64,000 nucleotides of DNA from Oculina patagonica (Eukaryota). The notes under the pieces were generated by a model, which ran no database searches, was not told the origin of the DNA, and saw only the letters and a program-made list of their open reading frames with translations. Numbering within the stretch: the first letter of the stretch is position 1; each line of letters opens with the position of its first letter. Shown here piece after piece: positions 58,092 to 64,000 of this stretch. Location: contig NC_135768.1 in the NCBI RefSeq assembly GCF_052425735.1, positions 15,872,001 through 15,936,000 of the forward strand, given 5' to 3'. The translations under genes and the position numbers were made by a program.

Positions 58092-59773
58092 GTCAGCCAT
58101 TGTACTTAGCAGTCATTAAGCAACATGACCACGGCCAGTGGTCACAAAATAAACCTGGTTACCGAGTTGTTAATCTTGGCCGTATGTGTGCCACAAAAGA
58201 AATCTATTGATACTGTAAATCAATCAGATTGTTTTCAGGTTCGATGGCTATTGCATCATTCTATCATGTGTGATTTTGACACATGCCAGGCGAACTTTGG
58301 CAGTCAATCGTGTTAAGCGGGCAAATTTAAGGCACACAAAATTGTCTCGAACACACTCCGCTGGTCTCTTGATTTTTGCTAGTAGTAGAAAAACTTAATA
58401 AAAAAATTTATTGACAAATGATGAAATGAAATAAACACCTAATTGAAGAGTGATCCCCCCCAAGGGTGGGAAGCTTTTGTGTCAAATTAGAAGATACTCC
58501 AAACTTTGTGCATGTGTCAATGATTTCATCAATCTGAGTGGCCAATGACTGTGTGCTATATGATAAACATAAAGTTATCAATATATACCAATTTTACCCG
58601 TTTTCTTACAATCAGAGCAAAAGTGTTTGTTTAATTTCCTAATTGTCACTTTACTTGTCACCTTATCTGCATAATATTATTGTATACTTATTATTATTAA
58701 AAACTGGCAATGGTATATTGAAATCCTGCATTTTGATTGGTTAACAGGCAATGGTATATGAGCTCATATACCATTGACCACAATATGGCAGCCGATACGC
58801 GTCAACGAAAACAACTGGGGAGCTCAAACATAGCAATTCTTTGGGCATTTTTAATAAAACAATTATTCCACTCGTGCTTGCTGGATATGAGATCGTTATA
58901 GCCAACTCATGTCCAACACAAGCTCGTGGAATAATTGTTAAATATGCAAGAACTAACCCCAAACATTTCACTTGACAATGACATCCGACAATGTCGAAAT
59001 GTCATATATTACTTCCACTTATTTTTATATTAAAAAAGTGATTATTGTCCAATTTAAAGAGGTGTCTCAAATGTACAAACTAGGAACAAGACCCTCCTAA
59101 CCCACATGATCTCTCTGTGAAGCTTTTTCTTGAGCCCATAAAGTACATTTGTTCCTCACCTTTCTCTCTGATGTTGTTTAACACTTTTAGACCCAGCAAT
59201 GTCCCAACCATTTTAATGAAAGTAAAATAGGATGTTTGTAATACGCGACAAGGCTGGATTTAATCAAGTTTGGCTGGCTATCACATAACACTGTGCAGCA
59301 CTGTGTAACAGTCAACTAACACTCAGTTTTTGGTAAATAATTCTTTATCATGTTTCAATCACTATCAAGGACAAGAGTTCAACCAGATAAATATTAAATA
59401 AATGGCCAGGTCTACAAATGGGTATTGAAAATGATGTATTTTGGTCTACAATCGAGGCAGGATTTGGAAAACAGTGTGGCAAAAACCCGTTTCAAAAATG
59501 CCAACTTTCAATTATTATTCCAATACCTAATTTTCAAAATCACTGAAAGTATGAAAGCATAAACAGTATTTTTAGTTCTGGGGTGAAAATAAATTTTTAA
59601 TTCTGTTTACTGAATCTTATGACATGTTCATTTACCCATAGAGTAGAGTACATTAGAGTGATTTCAGTAAACCCGTGAAATAGTTATTACACTTTTAGAT
59701 ACTATTAGACACTAATTCCATTGTTTTCTTTTGTTTCCTTTTGACTATTACGCACAAACTGGTAAACCCTTAA

Positions 59774-60595
59774 AGTGCTACTGTGATGACATTCGCATCT
59801 TTCCTATCGTAGCCGTTTTAAAATATTAACAAGTGCTCTTTATGATATGAAAAATGCCGTTTACTGTTTCCAATATCTCTTTTCTTTCCAGAGATATTCA
59901 AATTTTTAAAATATGCAAATTAGCAAAGCGATGACGTCATAGACTCAACCAAATTTTGATCAAATATGAAGAAAGTGATATCTCAGCCAATTTGTATCTG
60001 AAGTCTCTGATTTTTTGCAGAAACACTCTGCTAATTGTATTTTACCATTTGACCTCAACAGTTTGGTTACCATGGCAACACACTAGGTTCCAGATCCCCT
60101 CGATACTAAAGGCTTTTCTGGCCAATTCTGGCATCTTTTATCGTTGTTTGTCAATAATGCTTTACATGCGTGATCAGGCAAGCATATGAAGAGATTAGGC
60201 AAACGTCTTGCCCGGGTTTCATTTTTCCAAACTGAAAAATTCTAAAATATTAAAAATAAATTGGTGGGGACTGGAAAGGAGTGAGTTGCCATGGTAACAT
60301 AATTTAATTACAGCTGCACTTGTGTCACCTGTAGAACTATTAGTCTACCAAGTTTCAATGGTCTCTGCAGAAAAATGACCGAGAGAACTCAATTTTTGTA
60401 CCTGACATAAAATTGGGTTGAGTAGATGACGTCATCAGTCACCTAATTTGCATATTTTATGATTTTTTTAAGCTTAAATATCTCCGGAACTAAAAACGAT
60501 ATTTGAAAACGGAAAACGGTATTTTGAATCTTTCGTTAAATACTCTATGAAACGCTAAAAAAAGCAAGGGGTGAAAATTTGATCACAGTAGCACT
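59774..60595. mobile_element. Kolobok-like non-autonomous element
   Basis: TTAA TSD; TIR agtgctactgtgat; subterminal gatgacgtcat/tatgcaaatta inverted motifs. Confidence 0.85.
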
Positions 60596-61824
60596 TTAAC
60601 TGAAGTTAAGTCTCCCAGTTTTGTAATACCTTATATCAGGCTGAACTTGTGTGAAAAAGCCACTTTAATAATTATTGTAGTTGTATGCAACTCAATTACA
60701 GTGTTTGGTTATCGCTATTATATTTGCTTAAAAGCAAATAACTTAAAAGCAAATAACTGATAATAAAATAGCTCAAAAAACCAAGGTTTATAGTCCATGG
60801 GCCAGGACCCAAAATTTAGGCATTTCTTACCATTCGGAGGGACAAATGCTATCATATATTTTTCGAATCCTTGAACATTCTAGTTCATTTTGGTATGTGA
60901 TAGCAATTCCAAAAGAGTAGCTTTCTTGCTGAAATCACGTGATTTCTGACGTCATCTTTCCAAAATCAATGTTGCATTTTGATGCTCGAAGGGTCAGAAA
61001 TAATCACTTTATCAAAACTTCAACCACGTTCGAGTTGCGAGAGAGGCCTGAAATGGTACAGGAAAGGCAGCTGGTGCTAGGTTAAGGGCTTTTGCTGCAC
61101 TTAAGGGTTTTTCTCTATATGGTTGCCATGGCAACAAGGCCAGATTGTAATATAGACCTCTTTTATATCAATATCGATGTTAGATTTTTAAAATATGGAC
61201 GGAGTTTTTAAATAAATCAGCGAAAAAACACAAGGATTGGCATTTTACAGTACGGACCGAGTATTTGGGGTTAATAAGAGTTATACTGATCTCTCTTTCT
61301 CATAAAAAAGAAAGCATTTCGGGCCAACAAACGCGCGCGGGAGGTGGCCTCATTTGACTAAAGCGCGTGGAGGTTTTTATCTAACGTCATCAAAAATACA
61401 AAATCTCGCCTGTTTATCTTATAAACATATTCTTTTTACATATTCTTCCATGAAGAACATAAAACTCTTGTAAATTTGATATTGATTAAGTGCTTTGTTT
61501 AGAGGATAAAGCATTTTGACATTTGCGATGTCCCGGATAAACGTGTTTCTTTATTGTCACAAAAACGTGTATTCTTCACTGTGTTTAAAACGCAATATTA
61601 CAGTTTACAAAGTAATATCTAAAATGATTTTGAGTGAAAATGAATAATACTAATGGGAGAATTTTCTCTGCTGATTGTTTTTCTTTGGCCGCCTTCTTTG
61701 TGCCCCAAATTAAAGGGAGAATCAAACATTGTGGCTGCATACTATGCACTGTATTTGTCTTAAAATTATTTTCGTAATAACTCAGAGCTTTAATTTGGCC
61801 TGCTCTATAAACCAATCCCTCGCT

Positions 61825-61995
61825 ACACCCAGTTGTATAAATTGTACTGGCGAATTTACTGAATTTACTGCAGGGGGGGGGGGGGGGGTAGTCCTGTGAT
61901 GGATTAGCATCCCATCCAAGAGGAGTAGCAATAGTGCTAGTCGTTTAATGCTACAGATACCGGGATATGCCCCGGCCTGATGGGTCACTTGGCCC
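61825..61995 (+). mobile_element. 3' half of a tRNA-derived SINE (same family as 6942-7202)
   Basis: tagcatcccatccaagaggagtagcaata...tgctacagataccgggata matches the body of the intronic SINE. Confidence 0.7.
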
Positions 61996-62279
61996 AAACA
62001 CAAACTTTGCCTACTTACCATAAACCGATTGTTTCCAAGGACGTTTTCATACGAACAAACAGTTTCTATAACATTCATATGAGCGGGTTACAACGGGTCT
62101 AGTTTTCTAGGAGACATGGAAAAGTTGTTTTCAGTGAGAGCATGAAAACTGGATACAACTCGAGATCATTATTAAATAAACTCCGAAATTCTTTAGAAGA
62201 AAACACCACGATTTTCGAAACCTGTGAAATGTGGTAGCGTAACATCATAGACGCTCTTGTTTCTTGGCCATTTCAATTT

Positions 62280-62441
62280 CACCAAAAATAAAATACAAAC
62301 AGCGGCAACAAACATAACACATGGACTACGCATGGTCTGAAAAAAAGAATCTAAAATCAAGTAAATTTTAGATTCTTTTTTCAGACCATGCGTAGTCCAT
62401 GTGTTATGTTTGTTGCCGTTGTTTGTATTTTATTTTTGGTG
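62280..62441. repeat. Near-perfect hairpin (~78-bp arms, 7-nt loop)
   Basis: Arms differ by one substitution and one homopolymer indel. Confidence 0.88.
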
Positions 62442-63034
62442 GTAGCTTAACTTATGAAATATCTGAAACGAGACGGAATTCAGGCTTGAATGCTAATTAA
62501 CGGTTCTGACAGAGAAAAAGTCATTGTTCCCTTTCTGAAAAATAGAACATCATAGAACTTAAAGCTGTCAAGTCTGTTCGTACTTAACTTCATTACGTTC
62601 TTAAAATAAATAAATTGACGGCTTTAAAAAATATCTTCCGCAGAGCTCGTGAAGAACAGGAACGGAATATTGACCACATTGTCTTTGGACACTTCCTTCT
62701 CGCGGGCTGATATATCAGACAACCCAGTCCAACTTCTTACCGCGTTCTGCTCAGTTGACTTTTGCACTAAGGTGCAGTTAAATTCAAAGCAACTTTTTCT
62801 TCTATGTGCTCTATCGTCTGTTAAAAAAATTTCTTCAATAATTTTCTTGCTCGAGGATTACAGCGCTACACCAGCATTGTATATGCAGGGATTATTGCAA
62901 GGTTCAAGTGTCAACGATTCTTTTTTGTTCTTGCTAACTTAGCCACTGTCACTGGGGAAAATTGTGTTCCAAAATGTCGGGCTTGGACCGCGACACCACT
63001 GACCCTGTAGGATATTCCAGAAAGGCAAGGGAGG

Positions 63035-63300
63035 TGTTATTTTGAGGAAGTGGTCTTTCATATTCTTGCGTCAGAACGGTGTTTTGTTTAACTCAACGTA
63101 TTTATTCACGGCTTCAGGGAGTACAAACAATCTTTGTTTCACAGCTTCGATTCTGTGCATGGACTTACAACTTCGAGCACAGCGAACAAGATGCGAGTCA
63201 CGTGACGCTCGCTGTAGGGTACCCACGGGGGTACAATTACAAGTCAAGTCTTTCGGGTTTCTTAGACAGCCTACCCCTGCGGGTGTAGCGGGCTGTAACA
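63035..63300 (-). repeat. 3' LTR of the BEL/Pao element (266 bp)
   Basis: Minus strand: PPT ggtggggagaa, then TGTTA...AATAAA...TAACA. Confidence 0.78.
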
Positions 63301-64000
63301 TTCTCCCCACCTTGTCCTCTATCGGAGAGGACAACACTGCGATTTGGCTTACTAACAGGAACAGTACTAGTGTCACTATGAACAATGTTTGTTTCATTCT
63401 TCTCCCCACCATGCAAACGAACTTCTTCAGGAATCACTTGTGGGGTTGCTGATTCTACTTCTAATCTGTGTAGACGCTGTACTGGTCTGCGTAGAACACT
63501 CTTCTCGGTTCGTACTGTTGCGGTTCGCACAAGTTTATCCCGTCCAGGGTGAACTTCTTGAACTATAGCCAACGGCCATTTTCCACGAGACACATTATCA
63601 TCTGAGATCAGCACAATATCTCCTACTTTTATGGGGGCTTCTTCTTTATGCCACTTGTTTCTCACGGTCAACTGATGCAGGTTTGGTTGTAGTGCAGGAC
63701 CAGGAAGGACACACTCATTGAGTGATGCACTGTCTTGCTCTCGGGCAGAAGCATCAAATACGATTCTACACTTTGTGGTCTTTCTGTCAGCACGGAAAAC
63801 AGCATGGTGTGGTAAGTATCGGACAGTTCCATCTTCACTACTCAAGTCAGTTACTTCTTCTGCAAAGCCTTTCTCTACATACTGGTTGATTGCAGTGGTG
63901 TATGCTTCAGCTTTCTCAGGGTCTCGTTTTAGCTTCCTTTCGATACTTTCAAGTCGTTTCACAGCTTGCGCATAATTGTTCTCAAGTTTTGGATGGTCTT
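63035..64000 (-). mobile_element. BEL/Pao LTR retrotransposon 3' part, internally deleted; continues beyond the window
   Basis: Pao RT N-terminal motifs YLPHHAV, KCRIVFDASA, SLNECVLPGP fused to a DUF5641-like region (KW...VGDIVLISDD...KWPLAIV.EVHPGRDKLVR) and GGENV at the PPT. Confidence 0.92.

Overview
AT-rich eukaryotic genomic DNA; the repeat families and gene content suggest a cnidarian, probably a stony coral (inference). Genes: (1) a two-exon, apparently standalone MoaC/MOCS1B gene with a 1-nt homopolymer frameshift near its 3' end; (2) a full-length U6 snRNA with decayed partial duplicates of its locus; (3) a two-exon Golgi carbohydrate sulfotransferase whose intron holds a dead exon of a different sulfotransferase family; (4) a 28-kb array of six intronless BTB-BACK-PHR (BTBD1/2/3/6-like) genes oriented <- -> <- -> -> ->, with near-identical patchwork BTB halves, divergent PHR halves and a shared ~55-bp upstream motif. 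Most of the remainder is transposon-derived: many MITEs with visible TIRs and TSDs, tRNA-derived SINEs, LINE fragments, an 18-bp minisatellite, several perfect palindromes, and the 3' end of an internally deleted BEL/Pao LTR retrotransposon. The best candidate for an undescribed system is the BTB-PHR array as a diversifying, co-regulated CUL3 substrate-adaptor repertoire. All comparisons were made by eye; no database searches were run.
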